A stretch of DNA of 64,000 nucleotides, taken from IMG/VR virus record IMGVR_UViG_3300012931_000759, positions 124,001 to 188,000 of that record, one strand, 5' to 3'. The position numbers and the translations under genes are program-made. The notes beneath the pieces are model-generated. The model was not told the origin of the DNA. It ran no database searches and saw only the letters and a program-made list of their open reading frames with translations. Shown piece by piece: positions 40,195 through 50,025 of the stretch (position 1 is its first letter; every line of letters begins with the position of its first letter).

Positions 40195-43100
40195 ATGGTT
40201 GACCAGAGCAGGCGGGCAACGGGGCGGACACCAGGACCGAAGGTCCTACGAACATCTCCCAAGCTAGCCAATGTGTTGTCGCCAATTCGGCGCGGAGCGC
40301 TACAGGACGAGGTTGAGAATGGCATAGTCAGGGAGGGCGCACAGTACGGCGGTAGTATGCTGCGTCGAGGAATTGCCGAACCTATGCCTGCGGATCTCGA
40401 CAAAGGTCTTGCTCGCGGAGTGTGGATGGAGGGGGGTCGGCCAACCAGCGGGAAGAAAGCTGCAGAGGGCAGCCAGGCCCTGATCGCGCACAGCCCATCC
40501 TTCAGAAAACAGGCCGCCGTGGGCGTGATGAATGGCGGTGTCGGCAGTACGGCCGGCGCGCCGGTGGAGCGCCTGGCGCCCGAGGTGTATTCGCCATTGT
40601 TCGTGATGGCGAACCTAAACCTGCCGCGTGATCGCATCACGGTGAATGCGTGGTGTTTTCTTCCAGGAACAATGGTGTGGATGGCCGACGGGACACGTAA
40701 GCCTATCGAGGAAATCTGTGTCGGAGACATGGTCCTGTCTGGCGAGGGTTTGCCGCGCCGAGTCACAACCGTGTTTCGGCGACATGTGGACGAGGAGATT
40801 GTTGGTCTCCGTGTCAAAAACTCGCAGGAAACTGTGTGGTGTACTACAAATCACGGCTTCAATGCCGTCAAGGCTGATGCTGTCCGCTGCCACGATAAAA
40901 CGACGTTTGTAAAATGTAAGCCGGACGGGGATGGATGTTTTTGTTCCCGTTGCGGGCGTAAAGATGACCCATATGTGTTCGGGAAAGTGGAGTCCGGACA
41001 ACTTGGAGAAAGAGACATTCTCTATATGCCGGTGCCCAAACTAGAACCGGTTTCGAATGATCCATTGTTGAGCAATCCCGAAGCCATAGAACTTCTTGGC
41101 TATTATGCCGCCGAAGGCTTCGTCGCACACAATAGGGTGACTTTCTCGCTGGGCAGTCATGAGAAGCAGTTGGCTGTTAGGATTGAGGAATTGGTCGGCA
41201 AACTGTTTGCTGAAGGTCAAATCCATACGCGATCAGACAGGTCGACGGAAATCTATGTGGATTGTTCCAATGCCAAATTGGCTGCTTTTGTTTTGCGGCA
41301 CTGCGGACAAGGCTCCCTGACAAAACGCCTGTCGTTCGAATTGATGTCGGTTGAGCCCGGATTGCTGCTGCGGTTCCTGGTTGCCTGGCTGGACGGGGAC
41401 GGTGGACAGGAAAAGTATAATTCGGGCATTTTTGTTGGCAACACTTCCTCCGAGAACCTAGCCTGGCAAATGCGAATGTTGTGTTTGCGCTGCGGCCTGG
41501 TGGCACATGTGTTCCGGGCCCATAGCCAGAAAACTATGGTTTCACCAACCAACGGGGAAACATATCCCGCTGCTCCTCGCTACTATGTTAAGATTCGTGG
41601 CAAATCAGCACTAAAACTGGCGGAATGTTTTTCGTCTGAGTTTTATAGGTTTGCCGCCATCGAACGCTCATATGAGCGCGACGGCTGCTGTTTTATCCAC
41701 AAAGACAAAGCGATCCAGTGGATCAACACCGTGAAGAGGTCAGGCTACATAGGGTTCGTCCACAATATCGAGGTTGAAATTGACCACACCTATGTGGTTG
41801 GATATGGTGTAAGTGTTCGAAATTGCAGGAATTTTTTTGATTTGCACCCGCTTGTGCGCAACGCGATCACGATGCATGCGACCTATCCGATCTCCAAGAT
41901 CAGCATCAGGTGCCAGGACAAGAAGGTTCAGCAGTTCTTCGAGGACATGATCGAGGAGATGGACCTGCTCGGGGCGCTCGGGGATATCTCACTGGAGTAT
42001 TGGAAGCTCGGTGAGGCTTTCCCTTACGCGGAGCTTGACGAGAACACGCTGAAGTGGAAGAGGATCGTCGTTCAGAACCCGGACTACATCCACGTCAAGA
42101 AGATGGTGATCGCCAGCGAGCCGGTTATCTCACTGCGTCCGGATGCCGTACTACAGCGGCTCGTCATGAGCAACAACCCAGCCGACGTCCAGCTGCGCAA
42201 GCAGATCCCGCAGCACATTGTGTACCACGTGCGCCGCGGGGAGAATATTCCCTTGGACAATTTTAACGTCAGCCACCTAAAGATGTTGTCAAGCCCGTAC
42301 GATGTGCGCGGCACCAGCGTCATTGTGGCAGCCTTCAAAGACCTGATGCTTTATGACAAAATTAGGGAATGTTTCTCAATAGATAGCGAAATCATGACCG
42401 AAAGGGGCTTCAAAACTTATGACGAGATCAAGGAGGATGACAGGCTTGCCACTTTCAACCCGGCCACTGGGATAATGGAGTTCCAACCATATACAGCTCG
42501 CATCAAAAGGCGACATGACGGGGATATGTGCCATTTTCATGGCAAGAAGGTGGATGTTCTAGTAACGCCCAACCATCGCATGTGGCTCGCTCAAAGTAGA
42601 TCGCATGGGGGCGGATATCACGATTTCGGCATTATCGAGGCCCAGGATGTTAAGAAGGGCTATTTCTACAAGTTGCGATGCGTTGCCGACTGGGTGGGCA
42701 AGGAACTGAAGACAATTTCGGTTCTCGGGCACGAAATGCCAGCCGAAACCTATATGAGAATCCTTGGGCACCTAGTAGCCGAAGGATGTATCCACTACAA
42801 GAATATCAACAACTATAAGTACAAAGTTGGCATAAGCCAAAACCTTGACCAGAATGAATTGATTTTCGGTCATATTTGCCAATCTATGGTTGATCTTGCT
42901 CGGTTTTGTGGGAAACATCTTGGAACATATGACCATAGGAATACCAAGGGGTTTTCGGTCAACAAGCCATCCGAGATGAGGAATTGGACAATTTCCAGCA
43001 AGGAACTCGCTGCCCATTTTGCCGCCGAGATTGGTACAAACAGTCACGACAAGCATCTGCCGCGCTGGGTGTTCGACTTGTCCCCGCGCCTGTTGCGTAT

Positions 43101-44451
43101 CCTGCTTGATGCCGCCACGGAGGGCGATGGGACGGTCAAGTCCAGTAAATACGGTACGGAATCTGTTGGTATCCGCTACACCACGGTATCCAAGCAACTG
43201 GCGGACGACATCCAAGAGATCGCCTTCAGGTGCGGCTATGCGCCCATCATGCGACGCGACCAGAATGGTCAAGGCAAGTGGTTCTGGGCGGTTGACTGGT
43301 CGAACACGTCTTATGGACATTTTCCCACGGTTTACGGCAATCGCAAAGCCAAGAGGAACGGTGGTGGTGCGACCTTCGAAAGGATTCCGTACAACGGCGA
43401 TGTGTTCTGTTTCGAAGTGCCAAACGGTCTGCTGGTGGTTCGGCGCAATGGGCATATCTCGATCCAGGGCAATTGTAAATTCGCGCAGGCCGACGACCTC
43501 ATCAACCCGATTACGTTGGTGAAGATCGGCGGCACGGGCGAGGGCGAGTTCCACCCGGACGACGCACAACTCGAGGCGTGGCGCAACGTTATCGAGGAGG
43601 CTCAGTACGACAAGAACTTCAAGATTGTTACTCACGCGGGCGTAGTGATCGAGCGCGTGGGATCCTCCGGAGCTGTTCTCGACATCAGCCAGGACATGGA
43701 TCTCATCATCAAGAACATCATGTGGGGTCTCATGGTACCGCACGCCGTGATCGACACTGAGAGCGCCGTGTATGCTTCGGCCTCCATTGGTCTAGAAGTA
43801 CTGCGGCAGCGATACTTCAACTTCCGCAACATGATAGCCAAGTGGTTGACGAACAAGATTTTCTCGCCCATCAGCGATCTCCAGGGATTCTATAGGGCGG
43901 AAGCTGGGTACAAGAAGCTAATCGTTCCCGAGGTCGAGTGGAACCACATGAACCTGTATGACCTACAGGATTACATCAGCAATGTCTCTAGCCTGGTGAC
44001 GGCAAAGCAGGTGTCTCTACAGACGCTGTACAGGAGCCTCGGACTCAATTACGAGGAGGAACGTCAGAAAATGCGCAAGGAGGCGATCAACGACGCTGTA
44101 CGCCAACGCGAGGAACAGGCGCTGTCCAGCATGTCCCTCCTGGAGCTTAGGTCTCTTGACCCCGAACGCGAGATCATGGAGTCTACGCAGGCGGCGCAGC
44201 CGATGGGAGGGCCCTCCATGGGCGCACCTGGTGCGCCGGGATCCGATATGGGCGCTCCGCCGATGGGTGGAGGGGCTCCCCCGATGGGCGGTGGAGGCGG
44301 CGGTCTTCCGGGAGGATTGCCCGAACTAGCCCCGCCGCCCGGTGAAGCAATGGCAGGGCCTGGTGGTGCCGGGGCACCACCTCCTGGGGGAGCAACCCCT
44401 CCGCTCGGACCGGGTGGGCCGGGGGCTCCCCCGGCAGGGCCAGGGAAGTAG
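40195..44451 (+). CDS. Portal protein (about 660 aa after splicing) with two inteins and a Pro/Gly-rich C-terminal tail
   Basis: Directly after terL; HPLVRNAI, YWKLGEAF, VSHLK..PYDVRGTS portal-like motifs. Confidence 0.8.
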   Translation: MVDQSRRATGRTPGPKVLRTSPKLANVLSPIRRGALQDEVENGIVREGAQYGGSMLRRGIAEPMPADLDKGLARGVWMEGGRPTSGKKAAEGSQALIAHSPSFRKQAAVGVMNGGVGSTAGAPVERLAPEVYSPLFVMANLNLPRDRITVNAWCFLPGTMVWMADGTRKPIEEICVGDMVLSGEGLPRRVTTVFRRHVDEEIVGLRVKNSQETVWCTTNHGFNAVKADAVRCHDKTTFVKCKPDGDGCFCSRCGRKDDPYVFGKVESGQLGERDILYMPVPKLEPVSNDPLLSNPEAIELLGYYAAEGFVAHNRVTFSLGSHEKQLAVRIEELVGKLFAEGQIHTRSDRSTEIYVDCSNAKLAAFVLRHCGQGSLTKRLSFELMSVEPGLLLRFLVAWLDGDGGQEKYNSGIFVGNTSSENLAWQMRMLCLRCGLVAHVFRAHSQKTMVSPTNGETYPAAPRYYVKIRGKSALKLAECFSSEFYRFAAIERSYERDGCCFIHKDKAIQWINTVKRSGYIGFVHNIEVEIDHTYVVGYGVSVRNCRNFFDLHPLVRNAITMHATYPISKISIRCQDKKVQQFFEDMIEEMDLLGALGDISLEYWKLGEAFPYAELDENTLKWKRIVVQNPDYIHVKKMVIASEPVISLRPDAVLQRLVMSNNPADVQLRKQIPQHIVYHVRRGENIPLDNFNVSHLKMLSSPYDVRGTSVIVAAFKDLMLYDKIRECFSIDSEIMTERGFKTYDEIKEDDRLATFNPATGIMEFQPYTARIKRRHDGDMCHFHGKKVDVLVTPNHRMWLAQSRSHGGGYHDFGIIEAQDVKKGYFYKLRCVADWVGKELKTISVLGHEMPAETYMRILGHLVAEGCIHYKNINNYKYKVGISQNLDQNELIFGHICQSMVDLARFCGKHLGTYDHRNTKGFSVNKPSEMRNWTISSKELAAHFAAEIGTNSHDKHLPRWVFDLSPRLLRILLDAATEGDGTVKSSKYGTESVGIRYTTVSKQLADDIQEIAFRCGYAPIMRRDQNGQGKWFWAVDWSNTSYGHFPTVYGNRKAKRNGGGATFERIPYNGDVFCFEVPNGLLVVRRNGHISIQGNCKFAQADDLINPITLVKIGGTGEGEFHPDDAQLEAWRNVIEEAQYDKNFKIVTHAGVVIERVGSSGAVLDISQDMDLIIKNIMWGLMVPHAVIDTESAVYASASIGLEVLRQRYFNFRNMIAKWLTNKIFSPISDLQGFYRAEAGYKKLIVPEVEWNHMNLYDLQDYISNVSSLVTAKQVSLQTLYRSLGLNYEEERQKMRKEAINDAVRQREEQALSSMSLLELRSLDPEREIMESTQAAQPMGGPSMGAPGAPGSDMGAPPMGGGAPPMGGGGGGLPGGLPELAPPPGEAMAGPGGAGAPPPGGATPPLGPGGPGAPPAGPGK
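40654..41823 (+). mobile_element. Portal intein 1 (390 aa) with LAGLIDADG domain
   Basis: CFLPGT start, CTTNH block B, LLGYYAAEG and WLDGDG, ends VRN before +1 Cys. Confidence 0.9.
42370..43473 (+). mobile_element. Portal intein 2 (368 aa) with LAGLIDADG domain
   Basis: CFSIDSEI start, VTPNH, LGHLVAEG and TEGDG, ends IQGN before +1 Cys. Confidence 0.9.
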
Positions 44452-44454
44452 CCC

Positions 44455-44907
44455 ATGGATCGTTCGGAACTCTTGTTTAGGGACGGCTGCCGCAAATGGC
44501 ATGCCTACTTCGAGCGGTGCGCGAACGATGGTCGGATGGCCGAGATTCCGCATCTTATCAGGAAAATCGCGCAATACCTGGATGCCTGGAAGGGTGGCCT
44601 CGTGGCCGCTCATCGCAAGACGCAGGAGGCTGAAAAGTACCTCCTGGAGTGCCGTCAGAAGGAGGCCTCGATCCAGTCTCGGCTGAGGCTGCTGGGGCAG
44701 CTCGCCGCCACCATGGATAGCAGATTTGCCGAGAGGAGTCAGCAGGAGCGTTTTGTCAGGAGGGAGCGCGCGCTAGCGGCGGCCGAAACCTGGAGGCTGG
44801 TGGAGGGAAAGAAGCGGGAGGAATCCGAGCGGGAAAGGCTCGAGAGGGCTGAGAGGCACATGGCCGCACAAGAGCAGGAAGGCAGATCCGGAGGCGACAA
44901 TGAATAG
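44455..44907 (+). CDS. Hypothetical coiled-coil protein
   Basis: Fills the gap after the portal. Confidence 0.65.
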   Translation: MDRSELLFRDGCRKWHAYFERCANDGRMAEIPHLIRKIAQYLDAWKGGLVAAHRKTQEAEKYLLECRQKEASIQSRLRLLGQLAATMDSRFAERSQQERFVRRERALAAAETWRLVEGKKREESERERLERAERHMAAQEQEGRSGGDNE

Positions 44908-46081
44908 GGAAATAACATTTGCCAAGATCGCCGCTATGGCGCAGCTGCTGGACGATCACGGGCTACACGACGACGCCACAGTTATGGATGAAGTGCTGGA
45001 GGCGGCCGCGTTTCCCGGCATCCTCAAGGAGGCAGGATTGTGGAAGAACATCTTGTCCAGGCTGAGCGGCTGGGCGCGTAAGGTCCTTTTTAGTGAGTAT
45101 CGCGAGATGTACGATATGGCTGAGGAGGCCCAGAACGCACTCGATGAGCGCATCGAGGCACTCCAGGATGCCAACAAGGAACTCAAGGCCATGCTGTCGC
45201 GTCACGAGCTTCCCGAATGGCGCAAGAATATTGCTACCATCATCGCTGGTGTCGGCGAGAATGCGGATGAGGTCATGTCCGACTATGATTCGCTCCACGC
45301 GAAGATGACGGCGCGTCTGCTGAAGCTCGCCCCGGCGGCCAAAAAGAGGGAAAAGAAGCCAACAACGCCCGCGCTGCTACCGAAAGAGGAGGGGGAAAAG
45401 GAGGAGCCCAAGTCCCCAGAGAAGGCCATAGAAGAGACCTTAGTTCCCGAAAAACCGGCCGAGCCAACCAGCATCCCGGAGGAGCCGATTCCCCTGACCG
45501 AGGTCAAAAAGAAGCCGACGCCGGAAGCGCCCCCGGAGCCTGCGCCAGCCCCGAAGCCAACTCTCGCTCCGGTAGCTCCGCTACCCAACTGGAAAAAAGA
45601 GAGGTTCGGCACTAGCGGCAAACATGGCTGGGAATGGGAATGGGAAGTGTCACCTGACAACAACCAGCTGCGCCTTCTGAAGAGCCAGCTGGCTGCTGCC
45701 TCCAGCGGCAAGGGGAAGGTCCTACATAGGCATGGGGATAAGTACCGCCCGACCGGTGGCACGTCCAGCATTAAGCTGCGTAAACTCATGGGCGGCACGT
45801 TTTGGGAGATGGACGACGACCCCTCTGATCCAAACATGGTGATCCTGACGCGTACGGAAGAGGTTGTACCTTTTCCGCTGTCGATGCGCCAGGAGCCGGT
45901 CGAACAGGCCAAGAAGCTTAAGGAGCTCGGCAAGTCTTCCAAAGAGCGGATGAACCGACTTGTGACCATTGCTGTCGGCAGATCGGCCGGGGAAGAGATG
46001 AGCGAGGAGGAGAAGCTCGACGTGGCCGCCGAGGCTCTGCTCGAGGGTTTCGAATCCGAGGAGACCGAGGAGGAAATTTAG
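44900..46081 (+). CDS. Hypothetical putative head protein with N-terminal helical tag
   Basis: AKIAAMAQLLDDHGLHDDATVMD..LKEA; Pro/Glu/Lys-rich linker; acidic tail. Confidence 0.8.
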   Translation: MNREITFAKIAAMAQLLDDHGLHDDATVMDEVLEAAAFPGILKEAGLWKNILSRLSGWARKVLFSEYREMYDMAEEAQNALDERIEALQDANKELKAMLSRHELPEWRKNIATIIAGVGENADEVMSDYDSLHAKMTARLLKLAPAAKKREKKPTTPALLPKEEGEKEEPKSPEKAIEETLVPEKPAEPTSIPEEPIPLTEVKKKPTPEAPPEPAPAPKPTLAPVAPLPNWKKERFGTSGKHGWEWEWEVSPDNNQLRLLKSQLAAASSGKGKVLHRHGDKYRPTGGTSSIKLRKLMGGTFWEMDDDPSDPNMVILTRTEEVVPFPLSMRQEPVEQAKKLKELGKSSKERMNRLVTIAVGRSAGEEMSEEEKLDVAAEALLEGFESEETEEEI

Positions 46082-46083
46082 TT

Positions 46084-49000
46084 ATGGCGTGGCCATCCCT
46101 TTCGCGACGCGCTTCCCCCGGCATATCCCCGGTGGCCCTGATGCGCCTGACGGAGATTGATGATCCTGATGAACTACTCAAAAAGTTCAACAGAGATGAT
46201 ATTATAGTAGAACATAAATACGATGGCTGGAAGGCGCAGATCATCAAGGACGGGGAAAAGGTCCGCATCTTCAGCAGGCGCGGCGAGGAGGTCACTGGGA
46301 ACTTCCCGGCGATCGCCAAGGAGATGGTTGGTCTTCCTGACGGTACCCTTGTCGAGGGCGAGCTGGTCTACTGGGACAAGGGCAAACAGGATGTGACGAA
46401 GGTAACGTCCCTTGCCGGAAGCTCGGTCGACAAGGCCTTGGAGAAAGTGAAGGGGCTGCCCGGCAAGATGAAGCTCCATATCTACGACATCCTGTGGCTC
46501 AAGGGCAAAAACGTGGCCGACAGACCCTTCTCCGAGAGGCGCAAGCTGCTTGAGTCGGCTGTGAAGACCTCCGATACGGTCCTCCTGACAAAGCAGTACC
46601 CTTTCGCCAAGTGGCAGAATGCCATGAACACGGCAGTCGGCCAAGGTGGCGAGGGCATCGTACTCAAGCTCAAAGGCACCAAGTACCAGTACAAGCCCAA
46701 GGGCGAGTCCGAGCCAAAACCAAAAGATACGATGTGGAAGTATAAGGGCGGGGCTGGCAAGCACGACTCCGACGACTATGTGGTCTACGGCACGACCAAG
46801 AGCAAGACCGGCAAGCTCATGGCGCAGTTCGGCCAGTACTACAAGGGCAAGCTGTACGCCATCAGCGAGATCGACAACTTCTCGGCCGAGAACGAAGCCG
46901 AGATCGAGAAGCGCCTGAAAAAGGGTCCGTTCGTCATCGAAATTGGTTTCCAGGAGCGCGTGCCGGGCGGGCTGCGGCACCAGAAGTTTCTCAGGTTTCG
47001 GGACGACAAAAAGCCCAAGGATGCCACCATGCACGAATTCCATGCGGAGCATATCGGCGAGTTCGAACCAGCCAAGATGGAGCGGAAAGCAATGTTTGCG
47101 CTGGCGGGTACTCCCGATCTCGCCAAACTTGTTACGACGCTGGAACGGGCGGTTGGAAAAACAGACCCCATGAAGACGGGACCGACAAGGATCGGCGACG
47201 TGGGTGGTGTGGATGGCGACAAACTGTTCCAGCTCGTATCCAAACTTGAATCGAACGGTAGGACAGATGTTGTAGGAGACGCTGGAACGTCCTTTGGACC
47301 GACACAAATTCATGGGCCCTACCTCCTGGCCAGGCTTGCTGGAATGTCCGGCGCGCAGGCGGCCACCGGCTTGTCGCCCGATGAGATGCGCAAACTCTCC
47401 TCTTCCTGGCTGGACACCCTGAGGCAGCTTCGCGGCGCGCGCGTTTGGAAAGAGGTTCCAGTAGATCAGGACGAGGCGCGGAGATTACCTAGGATCAAGC
47501 GCCTGGAGAAGACCTTTATCCGCAGGCCGGATATGGTCATCGAGCAGAGGGACGGCCGGTATGTCGGTCGCATCTTGGATCTGGACGCCCTGCGAAGCCT
47601 GGGCTTCGATGTCGACTCGCAGATCTTCAGGAACGCCTTGCGCAGGATCTACGCGGAGTACATCACCGACAATGTCGCACTTAGCGGCCTGGCCCAGGCC
47701 CATCTGGGCTCCTTGGCCCCCGAGGCCTTCTACAAGTTCAAAAGGCAGTTCAACCCCGCCGGTATCCGGAAGAACAAGCCCCTAGCATCCCTGCTGGAGA
47801 GGGCCTCAACTAGCGACCTAACCAGCAGGATCGCTGCCGTGGTCCGGATGGTCGAGAAATCCGGGTACGACACGACTGCGCCGGGCGCGTTCAGCATCCC
47901 GCAGCTGGTCTTCATCGCCAACGGGAGCGGTATAGGGCGGGTCCAGCAGTTCCTCATGGACAGGAAGCCCTTCGCGCCGGGGAACTTACACTACCTACAG
48001 AGCCCCAGGTTTAAAGCCGCCATGAGCGCCTTTGTGAAAAACGATCCCGATCTTCGTGGAATGGCCACCCAGCTGCTCGCCGGGCTTCCTTCCGGCGACG
48101 GCATAGCTGGCTTTAAGGGGGAGGTTGCCGCTCGCATCGCGGCGCTGCTCGGGGCGGACAGCGAAGAGATCAGCCGGTCCGATGCAGTGAGGATGTTAAC
48201 GTTCGCCGACGGCCATCCAGATCGAGGGCGTGGCCGCTATCCGCGCTGGAATCCGGCCCTCCAGGCCCGCGAGATCATGAACTTGGTCGACCGCTGGCTG
48301 AACTATGAGAACATCCGGCCAATTGACCTGAAGGCGGTGGGCGTGACGCTCATTCGCGTCGACAGGGAGCAGGATCCGCCAAAGCTCGTCCTCTGGATCA
48401 TGGGGGACATTCAGGCGCTACAACGCCTGCTGCCGAGAAAGATGTGGGGCATGCCCGTTGTTCTACACTCCGACATCCCGAGGGCGACAACGGAGCTACC
48501 GGCCGTCACGGAGTTCGAGGAGGAACCGACGCTCGTTGACGTGGAGTCAAGAATGCCGACTAAGCTGTTCCAGGAGTACAGTGATCTCCTGGTGCGGGTA
48601 CGCGCCGAACTAAAGAGGACGCACAGGCACGTTCCCGAGGATCAGCTAAGACGTACGGTCTTTCTACACATTGCCGAGGAGCTGGGATACGATCTCGGGG
48701 AGCTGGAGAGAACCCTGGGTGAGCACGCCTGGCTCAGATTCTCCCATTGGCAGCCTCCTTTGTCCAAGCTGGCGATGGGCAATCGTGGCGTGCTCGCGTT
48801 CCCTGGACAGTACGCTGAGGATATCAAATCCGGCAAGATGGAACGGACGATCAGGCCTGGTGACATGCCGGTCGAGCCGGAGGAAGTGGTAGACGCTATC
48901 ACCTATTCGGGAGGACCTATTTGCCGGATCAAGATTCTGCTTAAGGAGATCATGAGCCTGCCGCGTCTCGCCAAGGCGTTCGGCAAGCATGTGGCCAGGT

Positions 49001-49980
49001 CCCTCGAGCACCGTTTCGGGCCGGACAGGCGCTTTATGGTCATCCGTTTCACTCGCTTCGGGGAGCAGGATGCCGACGACGGTGAACTTGACGAGAAAAA
49101 GCGCGGCGAGATCCTGATCGACAAGGATGGGATCGAACTCACGCGCGGGCAGATCTACGACCACTACGCCAAACCAGCGATCCGCAAACAGATCATGTCC
49201 CGCATCAAAGGCAAGCCTGTGCTAGTCTATCTTGGTGTGGGCAAGAACGAGAAGATCTTGAAGCGCAACCATGACAGTAAACCCATCGTCATTTCCAGCG
49301 ATGACCCAAAAGGGGATGGAGACAGTGGAAATTACTGGTACTGGGTCAAACGTCGGCTATTGGCTATTCATCAAGTGTTCGGTACGAAAACAGGTATTGG
49401 TTTTGTCGACCTGGATCTACATGGCGGATACCCACTCGATAAGAGCAAGGAGTACGCTAGGAAGGCAGTTGCGGCCATCAAGGAAAAGTATGGCGTTCAG
49501 CCGAAGGTCTACCAGAGTGGCGGCACTGGGCTCCATGTGGAGTTTGAGCTTGGCAAGGAGGTTGGTATCGACGGCCTGCGCAAGGAGTTGCGTGAGCTGC
49601 TCGACAAACTGAACGAGGATTTCGAGGGCGCGACGACCGGCCTTGTGAAGGGAAAAGGTATGCGGACGGATGTGAGTACACTTCACAACAAGGGCAGCCT
49701 ACGTGTGCCTGGTTCATTGGGTGAAACTTGGGGCAAGATGAAAAAGTCTTTGTCCCAATCGACCGATGACGATTATCAGAATGGGCAATTTGGTGGCAAA
49801 TATTCGGACACTGGCCCATTTGGCGATGGTGGTTCTATTGTGCCTATGCCCTATCAGTCTTCGGCTCCCGAACAGGTCGGAGCTGCGACGGCCTCTGAGA
49901 GAATCAAGTTATTCCGAATTGTTGCGCAGCAGTACGATGATGAAGTGAAGCCTGGAACAATAGCTCCTGGAAAATTTTGA
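46084..49980 (+). CDS. Mosaic protein: ATP-dependent DNA ligase + lysozyme/transglycosylase-like + unknown + ASCH + LigD-type primase-polymerase
   Basis: EHKYDG, EGELV, YDIL, EGIVLK, LRH..F.RFRDDK; LESNG..GDAG.SFGPTQI; LAFPGQYAEDIKSGK..TIR; FVDLD, SGGTGLHV, RVPGS. Confidence 0.85.
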   Translation: MAWPSLSRRASPGISPVALMRLTEIDDPDELLKKFNRDDIIVEHKYDGWKAQIIKDGEKVRIFSRRGEEVTGNFPAIAKEMVGLPDGTLVEGELVYWDKGKQDVTKVTSLAGSSVDKALEKVKGLPGKMKLHIYDILWLKGKNVADRPFSERRKLLESAVKTSDTVLLTKQYPFAKWQNAMNTAVGQGGEGIVLKLKGTKYQYKPKGESEPKPKDTMWKYKGGAGKHDSDDYVVYGTTKSKTGKLMAQFGQYYKGKLYAISEIDNFSAENEAEIEKRLKKGPFVIEIGFQERVPGGLRHQKFLRFRDDKKPKDATMHEFHAEHIGEFEPAKMERKAMFALAGTPDLAKLVTTLERAVGKTDPMKTGPTRIGDVGGVDGDKLFQLVSKLESNGRTDVVGDAGTSFGPTQIHGPYLLARLAGMSGAQAATGLSPDEMRKLSSSWLDTLRQLRGARVWKEVPVDQDEARRLPRIKRLEKTFIRRPDMVIEQRDGRYVGRILDLDALRSLGFDVDSQIFRNALRRIYAEYITDNVALSGLAQAHLGSLAPEAFYKFKRQFNPAGIRKNKPLASLLERASTSDLTSRIAAVVRMVEKSGYDTTAPGAFSIPQLVFIANGSGIGRVQQFLMDRKPFAPGNLHYLQSPRFKAAMSAFVKNDPDLRGMATQLLAGLPSGDGIAGFKGEVAARIAALLGADSEEISRSDAVRMLTFADGHPDRGRGRYPRWNPALQAREIMNLVDRWLNYENIRPIDLKAVGVTLIRVDREQDPPKLVLWIMGDIQALQRLLPRKMWGMPVVLHSDIPRATTELPAVTEFEEEPTLVDVESRMPTKLFQEYSDLLVRVRAELKRTHRHVPEDQLRRTVFLHIAEELGYDLGELERTLGEHAWLRFSHWQPPLSKLAMGNRGVLAFPGQYAEDIKSGKMERTIRPGDMPVEPEEVVDAITYSGGPICRIKILLKEIMSLPRLAKAFGKHVARSLEHRFGPDRRFMVIRFTRFGEQDADDGELDEKKRGEILIDKDGIELTRGQIYDHYAKPAIRKQIMSRIKGKPVLVYLGVGKNEKILKRNHDSKPIVISSDDPKGDGDSGNYWYWVKRRLLAIHQVFGTKTGIGFVDLDLHGGYPLDKSKEYARKAVAAIKEKYGVQPKVYQSGGTGLHVEFELGKEVGIDGLRKELRELLDKLNEDFEGATTGLVKGKGMRTDVSTLHNKGSLRVPGSLGETWGKMKKSLSQSTDDDYQNGQFGGKYSDTGPFGDGGSIVPMPYQSSAPEQVGAATASERIKLFRIVAQQYDDEVKPGTIAPGKF

Positions 49981-50025
49981 ATATCAGTTTGTGTAAATAT
50001 TTGAGATCGCTCAACATTATGGAGT

